Assembly: GCA_965285935.1 (NCBI GenBank) | Contig: OZ260662.1 | Location: 100,812,001-100,876,000 of the forward strand | DNA length: 64,000 bases | Source: Ophelia neglecta | Lineage: Eukaryota | Reading direction: 5' to 3' | Translations under genes and position numbers: made by a program | The notes under the pieces: generated by a model | The model's input: the letters and a program-made list of their open reading frames with translations, nothing else | What the model was told of the DNA's origin: nothing | The model's database searches: none | Shown here: piece after piece, positions 26,201 through 40,900 of the stretch | Numbering within the stretch: position 1 is the stretch's first letter | Layout of the letters: each line of letters opens with the position of its first letter

Positions 26201-26472
26201 CTAGTCAAGTTCAATGATCTCTTCTTTAGCCGCCCCTTTAAGAAGATAAACTAGTTTAAACTTAAACTTGCTTTTACGCTGGAAGAAAACACAACACAAG
26301 ATAACCATTTGTTGTACGCTTTATTAGTTTGAATCTTTTTTAATTGAATTTAATACGGGCGATTCGACAGTATCGAAAACTTCAAGAATAAGCACATAAT
26401 ATCAATGAAATATAAGTACTCTCATCTCTTGAACAAGGAGCAGAGCTTTTGAATTAGTAATCATTTTCAGGA

Positions 26473-29400
26473 CTACGGCTTTAAGGTGTCAATGCCTGCT
26501 ATGAATTCCTCGTAATCTATGGTTCCTGATTGGTTTACGTCCACCAACTTCATTATTTCTGTCGTTTGCTCATCTGTTAACTGCTACAAATGTAAGATCA
26601 AAATTGTTTCATATTAATATTATGGCATTAGACATTTTGTCGAAACAAAAAATATGTCGTGGACCGGGTTATTATCACAAAGCAATGTATGTGCGCTGCT
26701 TTGCTTTGATAACCATGCACATTTAAAGCCCCAAATAGAATCAAGCCCAAGGACTATTAGGGTTAACAATCAACTCCATTGACTCTCCCGGTCCAGATGA
26801 TTTGGGACCAATTGAACGGACTATACTTAAATAACGATACTGCTTTATTTGCCGGGTATTATATCTCGTTTTTTTCTGTTAATAAATATGGTATCGTCTT
26901 GGTTAAAATATCCTTGCCAACATCATAGTAATACCTAAAGTTCGAGATTCCAAATATGTATTCAGTCGTGGGTAATGGTGCTAAAAAATACTTATTAACA
27001 TACTCTAAACACTTATATGAAACGCATTGTCGTGTTAAAAGAAAACATGGCATTTAAGCCGGGCCGGATGATTAGCAAGCTTGTTAGGTAAATAAGGACG
27101 TAGCATTGGACAGGGTGTGCACGACCCTCTCAGCAGCGCCGATGGCGGGTCTTGGTCTTTTATCTTTTTGAACGGCATGTCTTGAGGGCGTCGTTAACAA
27201 ACTCTCTTGATAGACAACACAAATCGCTAAAGATGCTGAGATAAGTACAAAGCAGGATATATTGATTGCAGGAAGTTCATTCCATTAGCCTTCTATACTG
27301 GTCATATTATAATGGATATGATTTTTCCATGTTTCTTATTAGTTTTGTTAATTGCCAGAACAAATCTATTTGGATTACAACATTTTACATGACAATTATT
27401 AATTAAGCCCCGGGTGCAATGTCTCTTGTCAAGGCACGGTAAATCATCGGGATTAGCAGTGAAAGCAACAAAGTATCTGACAGAGAATCGATATCAAGAG
27501 TTGAAATATAAAGGCCAGCCCTTTGCTATGAATGTGCTAAATACACGCTGATTAACTAGAATAATACTTTATCATAACATGTACTACATATTGATACAGA
27601 GCTGTTTTAAGTCCCGAAGTATATACTAATGTGACTGCATAAGCTTAATTAATATCGCCAGCTTAATTGAATGATGTGGATCTACGGGAATGGTGCGTCA
27701 CAGATACAAGACAGATAATGGAAAAAGGAAAATTAACCGAAAATTAACCGAAAATTAACCACTACATCCAAGCACCACAATATGTAAATAAGATTGCCAC
27801 AAACAAATACACCCATTATGAGCAGGAGTAGTATAGAAGTTACATTCATTTGATTCCAAGCAAAGAACAAACGAATTAGTGGGGATCACAGGGCGAAGAT
27901 TGAATATGCCACAGAATATTCTACGGGGGACTAAGGTATGCTTTGCTTTAAATATGAGAATGAAGGTGGAATTTTCTCCATAAACCAGATACGTGAATGA
28001 TCTAAGCCGGAAGAGGAAATTGATATGTTATCTCTTCTACGGGTAAATACACAACAAGTAAGGCTTCATTATGACTGCAAACAATTGGAAAGTCTGACAT
28101 AGCAATGCGTCCCTGCGGAGGTTCACAGAAATGAATAAACTGCATAAATATTAGATAAAATTGCGAAGTTATTCAGTTTACTTTTGGTAGGCTTAAAACG
28201 AGGATGCATTGCATATTACGTAGCAAATATTTAAAAAAATTATGGAGAAAATATTAATTAATTAAGTTCGAAATTGTCAGGAAACATCACAAATATCGAT
28301 CCAAAGTTCCCTAAATGCAAATACGTTGAAAATTAAAAAATAATAACTAACATATTCATCATCAGCAAATCAACAGTTTTACATGATAAACAGTGGAACC
28401 TGTGAATTAAGACCGCCCAAGGGACTCTAAAATATTGGTCTGATTATGGAGGTGGTCTGATTAGATAGGTTATTTAACATTGAAATTGCACCTTAGGGTC
28501 TCCATTTTAGTGGTCTGAATTGACAGGTGGTCTGAATGCGGAGGTGGTCTTTAAGGCAGGTTTCACTGTATGTCTGAAAACCAACTCAGAAATATGATGT
28601 CAACGTTTAACACAAATGAAATATACATAGGAGTGGCTATGATGGAAGCGTCACGTTCACAATTGTGTGCTAGCTTTATTCTAACCGATTAAATCTTATT
28701 TTAAACTAAAATCAGTTACCAAGTATAACGTGAAATACCATGCTAACCAGTTAGTTATCGGGCATTTATCAACTAGACCCTCGGCTTCTGTTGGCAGAAA
28801 ATAGTATGGCTATGTATAAATCGGTCTGTTTCCATTTGGGAGACATTTGAATGCAATAATTAATAAAGTACACTCGTTATTGACCTAGGTTATAAACACA
28901 TATGGTGTGTTAACCTATAAACCCAACTTCTGAATCAAAGGTGGGGAAAATTCTTTAAACTAGTAGATAAATATTTATGGCGGCCGTGTCTTCAACCAGA
29001 AAAGCCATGAAGGCAGCTAGGAAATAATGCGCCTGCTTGCATCACGTTTCTGCCATAATCTAGCTTAATCGATTTTTTGCAGAACTACACACCTGTATAT
29101 AAGTAGAATATTTTGCCGGTGAGGATTTCCAGCAACTAATCATGTATTTGTTTGGTAGATTTTCATGTTTGTGGATAGAGGCATTGACGCGCGTATACGT
29201 TGAATGGAATTAATGATTGGCTAAATGATCATAATATACAACCAAACGAAACAATATAGTCGACAGAAGCCTGTATGCAATAAAAGTACAATGACTTATG
29301 ATTGAAAACTTGCACCCTCCTGCACCATACGATGGCACAACCAAATGAAGACTGCACAAATGACACCCAGCCCCAGGATGAGTCGAAGTAGTTACAAGAG

Positions 29401-31816
29401 TAGCCTCTTATTGCGTTCGCGTTTAAAAAAGCAATAAGAACCTTAATCCAAACAAAAGCCAAAATGGAGGTCATCGGGTATATATTTACCCCCATTAAAG
29501 CTAGAAAACCCCACGGACGCTCATTTTCAACAATCCGGTTACGAACAAAAAGCAACATTACTAAATGTAACTAGCTCTCTCTTAGGATAATAAACTCTCC
29601 GTTTACACGGAATCAGGACTGCAGTGGGTGTTGTATGGTGTAAACACTGAGAGCGGGACAGAACGTTCTCCTTGTGAAATACTTTCCAATATTCTCAGGA
29701 AAAGTCTGTGGCATGGGATAGCTGAACTGACATGCAAGGCACAAGCAGTCGGAACGTACGCCACATATTATGTGCTCTGTGCAAATCAACCAAATCAATC
29801 AGTTCACTTCGTTAACATTCGAGTTCACTATCTTGGCCTAGTAGTGTTGACACCAGGACTACATGTCTATTGTTAATATAAGAGATGCAAGCACATGCTC
29901 GTACTACAGCCAAGCCTCGAATTGAACATTCCATAGGATACCTTATGGTCATTTATCGCTCACCTTGCCGACAGTAGCGAAAATCTGTTTGAGTTCACTG
30001 CGGTCAATTTCTCCATTTCCATCCTTGTCAAACATTCGGAAGGTGCGACGTAGCACGGCGTCCCTGTGGAGGTTAAAGGGAATGAATATGCTGCCTAACT
30101 GTTCTACACAATATGGAATCATATGGCGACAGGTTTCTTCTGGCAGGCCTAAATTATTAAAATGGCAAGAGTACAACTAACAACGAGAGTGGATACGCAG
30201 CAAACAACGCAGAATAAAAAAACAAAGAATATTGTTAATTAATTAAGCCCGTTTTCGTCAGTTGCAGGCTCACAAATATCAACTGCCAGTTCCCTTCCAG
30301 TAAATAAGTTAAGATGAAATAATGATAATAAATAAGGTATGTATCATCACTCGCAATGAGAGTTAATTAACAGTTTTTCATGATATGGGTCAAAAGGACC
30401 AAACAAATGATATCAACGTATAACACTAATGACATATCCATAAGATAAGCTATGATGGAAACGTAACGTTGGTTCATAGTTGTGTGCTGGTTATAATCTA
30501 CTGTGAATTGAAATGGAAAACCGTGCTAACCCGTTATAAATAGGCCACTCTATAAACCACACACTGGGCCAAAGTTGTCAAAAGGGAGTATGTCTATGTA
30601 TAATAGGGGCTGTGCTCGCATGAAAATAACGTACAATCGCTTGTGACCTGGCTTCTAAACACATATGCTGCGTGAGCCTATATACATAGTTTCTACATCA
30701 AAGGCGATGCCATTCGCTAAACCAAAAGAAAATATTCCTGCCCGCAGTGTCTTCAACCAGAAATGCCATAATGAAATAATTTTGCACTACGTTTTTACCA
30801 TTATCTAGCTTCATTGATTTTTGTATAACTACACACCTGTTAATGAGTACAATTATTGTCAGTGATGCATTTCAGCATCTAATCATGTTTTTGCTTTGAT
30901 CAATTATATACAACCAAACGAAATGATAGTGTTGATAGATGTCTATATGCAACAAGATTATACTGCAAAATGGAATATCATCGATTATAACATTTGCTGT
31001 GATATACGTGACTTTTGTTAATTGAAGCATTGCCTTGTTTCTTTATATATCCTTAGGAAGTATGCTCAATGACCCTGAAGTAAACAGCATCACCATATTT
31101 ATAATGCTTAGGGCGACTAAAATTGAAGGGCAAGGAGAAACAAGTAGTAACATTTTGCTAAACATTTAAGTAGGCGAGTTGTTGTTTTTATTCTTGTGTA
31201 CAAATACTGCGGGTTACATGATAAAGATATATTGGTATAATATTAAATGCAAAACAATGGCATAATATGTTATATATTAAAATGTTTAATTCTGCCATAC
31301 CTGTGGAAATCGGCGGGAAGTTTTTTCATGGCTGCCTTGCAATCGCTCAGTTTAATGAACTCCTCCCCTTTGGTGATGAAAGACTTGAAAAAACCCTAAA
31401 AAACATCGCATGCTTAACTAGTGTATCCGATAGTATATCTAAGCCATGGAAATACGGGAAAAGCAATGTCTGCAGGCATAACACGACAAGTCCACACGAA
31501 AGAAATTGGTGCTTCACAATATGTATGCAGTGACGATAGGCAAGTCCCTTTAAATATTTTATACCCACCAACTCATTTAGACCGCGTAGCACTATGAAGT
31601 CAGGTTTTCGGCCTTAATGATCAACTGTAATATTTCACTGTTTATCATCATATTAACCACTTAGCAGATGATATAGTTATTGTACATTACCATTATTTGG
31701 TCGTCACTCCCTTTGTAGCCGTAATGACGTAACGCTCCCGTCAGTTCTGATATCGTTAGACGACCATCACCGTCCTTGTCCGCATCCTCACAAAATTGAT
31801 CGTAGGCGCTCGCCAT
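26473..31816 (-). CDS. Calmodulin-like 4-EF-hand calcium-binding protein (16 kDa CaBP-like), 143 aa; complement(join(26473..26583,29964..30063,31301..31395,31691..31816))
   Basis: All introns are GT-AG with compatible phases (0, 2, 0). Protein: MASAYDQFCEDADKDGDGRLTISELTGALRHYGYKGSDDQIMGFFKSFITKGEEFIKLSDCKAAMKKLPADFHRDAVLRRTFRMFDKDGNGEIDRSELKQIFATVGKQLTDEQTTEIMKLVDVNQSGTIDYEEFIAGIDTLKP. AATAAA at 26325-26320. An acceptor at 31828 implies an upstream non-coding exon that I did not locate. Confidence 0.9.
28037..29290. repeat. Old intragenic duplication of intron-2 sequence plus the start of exon 3 (homologous to ~30030-30950)
   Basis: tagcaatgcgtccctgcggaggttcacagaaatgaata (~28100) versus tagcacggcgtccctgtggaggttaaagggaatgaata (~30051). 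Shared blocks include gctatgatggaa, gtgtcttcaaccagaaa, aactacacacctgt and tatacaaccaaacgaaa. Confidence 0.8.
28391..28568. mobile_element. CAGTG-ended Tc1/mariner/pogo-like MITE
   Basis: cagtggaacctg...caggtttcactg TIR with internal gaccacc/ggtggtc motifs. Absent at the homologous position near 30385. Confidence 0.75.
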
Positions 31817-32631
31817 GAATTCCTCAGCTATTTGTGTATAACAAGACGGATAGCGTGTTAAAATGTTTAGAATACAACAGCTACTATAAAATGCATATAT
31901 TCTTAGTTTTAACTCCTACCAACAGCAAAGTACTAACAATATCAATACGGGTTGTAAGTAATCACCGCTACTGCGCAGCTCATAACAGCCGCACTTGTGT
32001 TTTTCAAGCCATTTTGTTCCATTTGCTATGTTTTCAAATATATCATGTTTTTAGAGCATGTCACTGCCTGAAGCAATACAGCGTTAAACCTCACCAAACA
32101 AGCGGTCCACTGTATTTATTCTCAGCAACAAAAAATATTGAGATAAAATGAGTGAACTGGACAAGAACTGATATAAGATTTGCTCCGATACATTGACATA
32201 TAACACTGAAAAGGCTGGTGATATTTTTCACAATTAACATACGGTTTATTTATAATTACTTACACGCTATACTTGTATATTTCCAATCAATACACACTGT
32301 AAATTGGCAATCCGTGCAATCGTCCTTACTACGGCCCTACGTGTTGAATCCTGAAATTGTCTACTAGGCTTATTGACGGATCTGTCGAAATCCCAGCACG
32401 ATGCTGTTTTTCAATTGCTACATGAACGCATACGACACACGCAGGAATACACCGAGCAGATTGACACCGCCGAGCCCTGAAGACATTTGATCAACTCAGC
32501 AGGCGATTGGACGCATGTTCTAGGTTTTCCCGTGTTGTGTTGCTATAACGTTACACCTGCGCTCATCTTGTTAGTGAATAGTACCTTGAGGAATAAACCT
32601 GGAGATCAGATGCATGAAACCTGCATCCCAA

Positions 32632-32672
32632 ATATATATGTATGTATGTAAGCGTGCGTGCGTGCGTGCGTG
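32632..32672. repeat. Compound microsatellite (AT)(ATGT)n(GCGT)n
   Basis: atatatatgtatgtatgtaagcgtgcgtgcgtgcgtgcgtg. Confidence 0.7.
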
Positions 32673-33294
32673 TTTGTGTTAATGCAAGGTTTATGGCGGT
32701 TACCTAGAGGAATGAGAAACTAGCCGTAGGCGAGTTTTTTATCCTGATGGGAATCTTTAAGCCGTGCATTACCCCGGGTTTAGATTATGTCATCTTATAC
32801 GGCTTTTTGTTGCCTACGTTCTGATAGATATTAGGCGCGAGCACCAAGAAACAGGTCTAATTACACATCAGAATATATTTCCAGAAAGATCAGTGCAATT
32901 ACACGCCAGGCTGGTCTAATGAACTAGATTATTCAGGATGGTAAAATCAAAGGGGATCACAATGGAAATAGTAACAATCTCTAGTTCAATTCGTAACTCA
33001 GTGTATCTGACACCAACTTCATTATAAATCAAGCGGTAAGGGCCTTCTGACATTTCGAAATATATAATTACAAATTTGTTGTTCGATCAACTTGGTCTCT
33101 GGTTCCAATTTTTGTGGGTCTTCATGTATATTATACATGATTTCTGTTAAAAACCGGAGTGGATAAACGGCACATAAGCCAAATAGTTAATAAAAAACAG
33201 TCCATTAAATCGGAAGGGCGTATGTAGTTAGAAACTACGAATGTCATATCATAAATCCAAACACTAGTCGTGCATTACTCTTGCTGGGCACATA

Positions 33295-33471
33295 CAGTGG
33301 AAATGCCTGAAAGGCCACCTGTATAATCAGACCACCTGTCAATTTAGACCATTAATATGAGGGCCGTGATGTATACTTTCAATGTTAAATAACCTGTCTA
33401 AACAGACCACCTCTGAAATAAGACCAGTATGTTCCAGTCGTTTGGGTGGTCTTAATTCACAGTTTTCACTG
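33295..33471. mobile_element. CAGTG-ended MITE (same family)
   Basis: ta-cagtggaaatg...cagttttcactg; a reverse-oriented relative of 28391-28568. Confidence 0.7.
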
Positions 33472-36400
33472 TTGTTGTATTCTGGAATAGACCAGACAGT
33501 TTCTTGGCGTTGATTATGCATTACGCACTAAATAGAGCCATTGGAGTTCAAACAGTTCAAAAATTCGTACACAGATTTCGGACATTTACAGAGTTTAAAG
33601 AATCAAATATGTTATTCATGAAATTAAACCAAATAGCCACATAGCTTTAGCTTACACAGTCTAGATCGTCACAGGTATATTCGTTTTATATTATATGCTA
33701 GAAGTAGCAATGTTATTCAATTAAGTGCTACAACTACAATAATGTAGTCACTAGGTTGACATCATTACTAAATACTCAAAGAAACTTCAAATGTAAGGCC
33801 CATTCACATTTGAACATGATTCATGATCCATTATTTAATTGATGGCCACTGGGTAATCAGTGCACCTGCCTTTAAACTACTAAATAATTGAACAGGGGTG
33901 TGAGTAGTACACTGCCAAATCAGACAGGTGCAGCTCAACTTTATGAGAACAGCACACATGACGAACCGATACAAACATTTGTAGCTTTGTTACGACATGC
34001 CACGTCAAGGTATTTAATCTGCACTTACTGTCAATATCATTTTAAGCGACTATTGCGCGTGCATAATATAGCATAAGATGCAGAAGTAAATCAGCAGCCA
34101 ATATTGACGCTCAATTAGCTATAAAATGATGTAGACAAAATGTCAGAGCACTGTTGAATCAGTAGTGTCGGATAGCCCCGGATCCCATTTTAAGCTTTCC
34201 TAAACCCGAGGCCAGAGGCCATGTTGTATTGTGACGGTAAACCCAAGCACGTGTATTGACAGATGAGTTTGCTTGGATAGGTGGTCTTCGCCTCTACTCA
34301 ATTCAATCTGTACAAGTATGAGGGTGTTTTGAATCCCAACAGAACCCTTTAACGCAGTTTAAATCATAACATTCTCGCTGCTTTCGCATGAATATGATTT
34401 AATGAATAAGAAATACAAATTGCAAAGTACGGCAAAGGTGAAATTTATCAAGATTGGACACTACTAAGTGACATAACAACCCTTGGTTCAACTAACGATT
34501 AATCCGATTGAGTTTAATATAATCGGATTAAAAATATCGGCGCTTGATTCCGTTTCCAGCCACGCCCTTAATCCAGGTGATTAACTAATACAACTCTCTG
34601 AAATTAAATCCAAAGGTTTAAACTTGTTTCTAGTAGTCGGATCCACGGCTCGGTTGCTAGAAACAAAATTATTTCCTCTGAATAACTCTAAATGATTTTG
34701 TAACCAAATTAGAATGGTTTAATCATTTAGTAATCAGTAACCATAGCGGAAATAGCCATTGGCACGCACATATCTCTGATTTCAGTTATTGGTGAATGTC
34801 CTTACATAAGTGGGGACACGGCACATGTGATGGGATAGACCGAACATATTTTACAAAATGAACGTAGTTGGTTAAGAAAACTACTAAATAAGTATGCGTT
34901 CGAGCCTCGATCGTCCCTTAATTGTCAAAGGACAATGGGAAAGTTGTGATTGCTTATTGACAGAGGATATCGCCCAGTTCTAAGGTAAGCACCACGTTCT
35001 CTGGCTATCTGCCAACCTTTCGAAATGTTTGCAAAAGTGACACTTATACCTTAGTACCGTATATTCACTTATCTCCTATTCAATGATGTATAGCGTATAT
35101 TGGTTTATATGTGATAACGTAGTCGAGTACGCAGCGTTGACCTCTACAAATAGCGATCTAAACCAATCACATAACATTCGAACAGTTTATAGCACCGTAT
35201 TAGAATTTTTACACTCAAAAGCTTTACTGAGCGATGCTTAAAAACATATATCAGGAAAAGAATTACACAGTTGCTTAATATTCATTAAAATTTATAATGA
35301 CGTTTCATTTACTTGCAGTACTCCGAAAATAAAGACACAATGCAGGGCTTATGTGCATCTCCAATAACACAAGTGCTACTTATTACAAATGGTCGTTTGA
35401 TGGCTAATTAAAATTCATTTAATGTTGCGGTTAAATATAAGTGAATCAAAGGTGTGGCATTGGGCCAACATTCGCTTCAGAATGAAACACCGAATTATGC
35501 TGCGTAATATCTCGTGCAGTTTGAACGGTTTTTTCTGAACATTGCCTAAACAAAATAAAAGGGGTAAATAAAACAATTTCAAACTGCCGCTACAGCTGAC
35601 AACCGGCAGGTCGAAGATTAGGAAACTCAATGAAGCTAGTTTACACCCTTCATCAATATTCGAATTCTCCTGCATTTGGGGTTTATTCTTGTGGCCTGTG
35701 AAGGGAATTTGCATTTCTGGCCGATTCACAGGATAAATTAGGCCTGGTGTTAAAATTACTATCCCCTTATTAAGCAGAATAAACTCTCCATCTAACCGTC
35801 ATACCGAATATCCAACAAAAAAGCCACAATTGTTTATAGCGTTGTATAAACTATTAATGATATGTTCAGTGCAAATAAACCTGTGGCATGTTTTACCAAA
35901 ATCTTTGTCAACTTTATATTTTTTTTTTTTTTATTGAGTCCTTAAATCAGGGTGGAACTATCTGAGGCGGTGAAGGAGTTGACATTTTTATTAAAATGTA
36001 TCTTTAGTTAATGTGATAACTAAGAAATAAATGGATTTCATGATTCAACGGTTGCCGGTGTATTGATATTGAAATTAAAAACATCTGGAGTTTTAATAAA
36101 ATTAATTTAGCAATACATGTGATGAGTTTTAGGTGATTGTCACCTATTTTTGAGTTCGGTGATATTTCATCTGCAAATCTGTAGTGTCGGCCCAACTTTC
36201 TGCGCACTGTGGTATTTCGTCCAGAATGATAGTGCACCAATCTAAAAAGGAGAATGATGTCCCTTTGCCCTCGTATGTCGGTAAAAATTTGTAAGCAAAA
36301 TCTGCCCTGTTAGGTTCTAAGGCTATTGACATGATTAAGGGATATTTGAAACTCATCACGTTAATCGTATTTTACTAAAACTCCATATGTTTTAACTTCA

Positions 36401-37944
36401 CCCGTGTGGTGATTCGGGATAGGTGGTCCCAACACGCACGGACTACCAATCATTTCAGAAAAAAAATGTTAAAGTAATATTGAACACTGTTGTTTAAGCA
36501 TATAGTACACACACCCTTCATATGAAATAATATCATGTCCACAATCAATTGAAATTGTGATATTCATAATGCAGACCCATATGCAGCCATATCATGTATA
36601 GGGCGATGTATAGGCCCCCATCGGGCATTACTAGAAATGTAGGAATATATCCAATTCACTTTTTTAATTGGTTAAATATCCATATAGCTACCTTAAGAGT
36701 CTGTTTATATAATAAATCATCAGAAAAGTGAGGACATATACATTATTATGGTATTCTAGGTTAATAAGTGTGTAAAAACAGCCTATCTGGTCTAAAAACA
36801 TACTATTATTTTTGCAAAGTCCCGTTAATATATTGTACTTACAGTGATCAAGTGCTGTTGTTTTGGCATACAGTTTTCACGCCCTTCATATCAAAGTTTA
36901 TCTTCCCCAAATTGATTTACAATTAATATTTTCAATTTGATTTAAAACATCCTACAAAAATCTTTGTAGCGATAAACCTCGAAACAAAGTTATCGCTAGG
37001 GCCCGGTATCTGGAAGTGATCTTAAGTCTAAACTCGGATTTTAATCAGAATCAAAGGACTTTAGACCATTTTGGCCTTGAACTTAATCAAAACACTGGTT
37101 AAGTTGGTCCCGTCTAATCGGTAAAAGGCTAATCAAATCCATTATCTAAAGACCGCTTCGAAAAAAACCAGACCATGTAAAGTAGAGAATTTGGATAAAG
37201 TAATTAATTAATCCTTCGGTCTTCACACTCACAGCAATTATGGTTTGTTACTTTTCTTAAACTTGTAACTGCCATTAAACGGATTATTTTTTCCTCTCTC
37301 ATCGAAGCTTAACCAAACTTTACTCAAAATATATGCATATCTGCATACTTAACTAGAAAAAAAATGACAAGACAATAGTTATCAAGTTTTTGATACATGA
37401 AGAATGTCCAGATCAATACATCATAAACCAGAAGTCGAGGAATAATCTTCGATATATTCATCCATATGAAATTATTCACGTACATAATGTGAAAAGACAA
37501 AGATAGACATTTTCAATTTTCTAAACTTTTTGCATTCTTATGTGTAGAATTTTATTTTGTAAATTGCTTTAATTTATTAAATTTATCATCTTCCCTATTA
37601 ACAAAAAATCTACACAAGTTCATCAAAACCTGCCTTGATAATTTAAATCAATTTTCTGTGTAATCAATGCGTGTCGCTTGCCATTATCCAATGGCGCATG
37701 TGAGAATTGTGTTTGTTTGTTGCAGAATAGCGATCGAGAAGTAAAACATAACACAACATACCTTATGTACCTTTTATTAACGTTGAAAAATAGGAGTAAT
37801 GTCATAATTTATGCTTACTTCCTTTTAGACAAATATATGAGTAGATAGATAAATATATTGAAACGTTGTGAACTACATCTAAATGCATGCTTAGCCTATT
37901 CAAAGTATAAATCGTACAGGCTGGTGTTTTCCATAATGCCGTTT

Positions 37945-40900
37945 TCATGCATCATCCTCCAAACAAAATAGACTGCCCTGACTACCTGTAGGGAGGAAAA
38001 CAATACTCACAATATAGGTATACGTGGCTGATTGTTATTATAGCGCTCGGTTTGTTTCAAAATTACAGAGTACAGAGACAAACGTACTCAATGCTCTTAT
38101 TGGGTAGTGGTTGACTGTATATTATGATCATGGTCATACGCTCTAAGTACAGAAAAACCTGCCTTATATACCACCGCAGACCACATGTTAATTCAGTAAA
38201 CCAATATGAGTAAATTATTGCTTAATTTAAATGTCAAAATAATCTGTCTGAACAGACCATCTGCATGACCAGACTAGTAATTTTTTAGTCCTCTGGGTGG
38301 TCTTAATGCACAAGTTTTATTGTAACACCAATATTCAGTTACCAATCTGATCAGATTGAAACAAAGCTATACCAACTTGATGATTAAATATGAAAGTCGA
38401 GGTTCATATATATACCGTGTATTTGTCGAGCTCTTGCGCACAACCTCGAGTAGCCTCCAGTGCCAACCAGGTTCTGGAAGGCTTGGTTCCACCAGTCTAT
38501 CATCGAACTGCCATATCGGGCCATCACGGCAGAGCCTGAAGTACTCAATTAACAGCAATCGAGTTTAATGACACGTTTATGGGTATGTCGTTTTTGCTAT
38601 ATATGATAGCAAATTGAACTACTGGATAGTATGATACTGCACTAAGGTCTTGTTTCTTGAAATAAGTCAGTTATATATTCATTAGTCCTGATTCCTAAAT
38701 AAGTACTTCTCCCTAGTCAAGCACTTTCGAAGGATAAATGACGCCACCTTGATTTGCTCATTATGTTTGTTGATTATACCATAAGAGAAGGCGGGCTCTG
38801 CTTTCTGCCTAACGTGAGTAGTACACGAGAATCTAGGTTCTATTGCCTCCATCCCCATTTGGTGTCTTTCAGCTGAGTTGAAGACATCAACCGTGAGTAA
38901 AGCATCAACCCATAAAGGTAAAATTTAGGTTATCCATAACGCATAAGCATGTACTTTTAGCAATATTAACCAAATCGTAGTGCGGGTTTTTAATAGCTCT
39001 ATGAACGTATATTACAAAACATAGGTTATAAAACTCTCTTCGCCCTAACCTTGGCGCAAATATATAGAGTCCGCCCCACCCCCACCCCCACCCCTTCCGA
39101 ATCTCACCTGCCCAGTCCTGAGTCCAATTATGAGTTTTCGGTGTGTCTTGGAGATGTGTGGGATATAGTCTCCGGGCTGGTTACCAGTAAAAACACTCTG
39201 TCAGGGCAGACATTGCTTACCTAACGCCCAACCGTCGATAAAACCTAACAAACAACCATTCAAACATGTAACTTGAGCTTGTAACATTCAAGATGAATTA
39301 TTTTGATGTTGCATGAGAAATACTGACATGAGATCAAATATATTGACATGAAATGCTACAGAATATGATATGGCTCATTCTTGCTTCAGAAAACCAAAGT
39401 AATAAAGAATTTTTGTCTCATTTCTAATAGGTGGGAAGTAGTACAAATGGGAAATAATAAAAAGTTCAATTCTGCATTGCACGTGAATAAACTTTGTATC
39501 TCTTAATATTGATAAGGGTAAAAGATAAATCAACATACAATTATGTTAACTGTCACATTAACTGAACAATAGCGGTGAAGCTAGAATTTGTCTAACCTAA
39601 TTTCCGGCCAGTAAGATTGTAGGGCCTTACTGGTATTTCTCCCGCTCGATAGTGCAAAGCCACTTGAAAGTTTGGGCTGAATCCCAAAGTGAAGTTAAAG
39701 CTATTCAGTCTCTCTGGGCTTGGAAAGAGTCCTACACATCCGTCATACCAGCGATCCAACAAACCTAAGAAGGTACATGTTGTCGGAAATTAACAATTTT
39801 GAGGCATTCGGTGCAAAAATGGACAGCAGTACATTGATAACGGTAGAGAATACATTCAGAGCGAAGCGTGGATCCATATGTTAAGTATGTAGCGTTTTGA
39901 CCATTTAAACCACTTTGTTTTACTGCTTTATAATGAGATATGACAAGACTTTCATCTTCTGATTTAGCAGGCCTTTATGTTAATGTCATTGTCGTATATA
40001 GCTAACATGCATGTTAATATATATATGTGGCAAATAGAACAGAATTCAATGGATACCCTGGAATTTGTTTAGGATATATTTCCAGTGTGCCCCATGATTA
40101 ACTGCCATTATCGCGTTCGTAACATTGTGTTCAAAACTACTTACATTTCGTTTTAAAATTCAACCAACGGAAAAGGGTAGGGTAAGTATCATAGCCAGGT
40201 TTAATACCACAGTGTTAGTCTCTTTGAGCTTCGGGATAAGGAAAGAGATAGCTTGCGATAACTTATTCCTACGGGGGCAACTTATTTCTTTGTTTCATAG
40301 TTGGCAATGACTCCCAGCGTGGAATGAGTATGAAAGCCTCTCAATACAAGTTATATATTTTTGTTATTCGACTTTGGGTTTGACATTTTTGACACTATAT
40401 TTGGTTGTATACTTGTTTTTCTTAATGAAGTTGCGATTGTTGTTTTTTTGAGAGTGCGGTCGCACGTTTTCCGTGAATTCCGACTGACTAAATGGGTTAT
40501 TCTTAACCACCGAAGCTGCCTTGTCTTCAATGTGTTTTTCCTATTTGTTTTCAAACGTTTTGTGAAATGCTTACCTACACCAGGCAAATCCATATCCCCG
40601 GATGTGCTCCAGTAGTGTTGAAACGTGTCTAAGAGGTAGTGACATCTACCTGCCTGATGACATACTGTAAAATAACAGCGTGTATACATGCTTATAGGAA
40701 CCACTAAGGTATTGTATGAAGAATCAGACCATCTCTGGGCAATGAAACTGAATAAATCAAGCCCCCATGCCTCTGTCTGTGTCACAGTGAGCCTCGAGTT
40801 TGACTGTTACACAAAACGGGAGTGGATACCTGGACAAAACCAACTTATTAGTCAAGAATAATTCAATTATATCCAATATGAAAAGGCACGGCCTAGAGCT

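Noticed and set aside
36999-37174. Degenerate MITE with ggcccggt-like ends
   Set aside because: The TIR match is too degraded and there is no TSD, so I cannot support a call.
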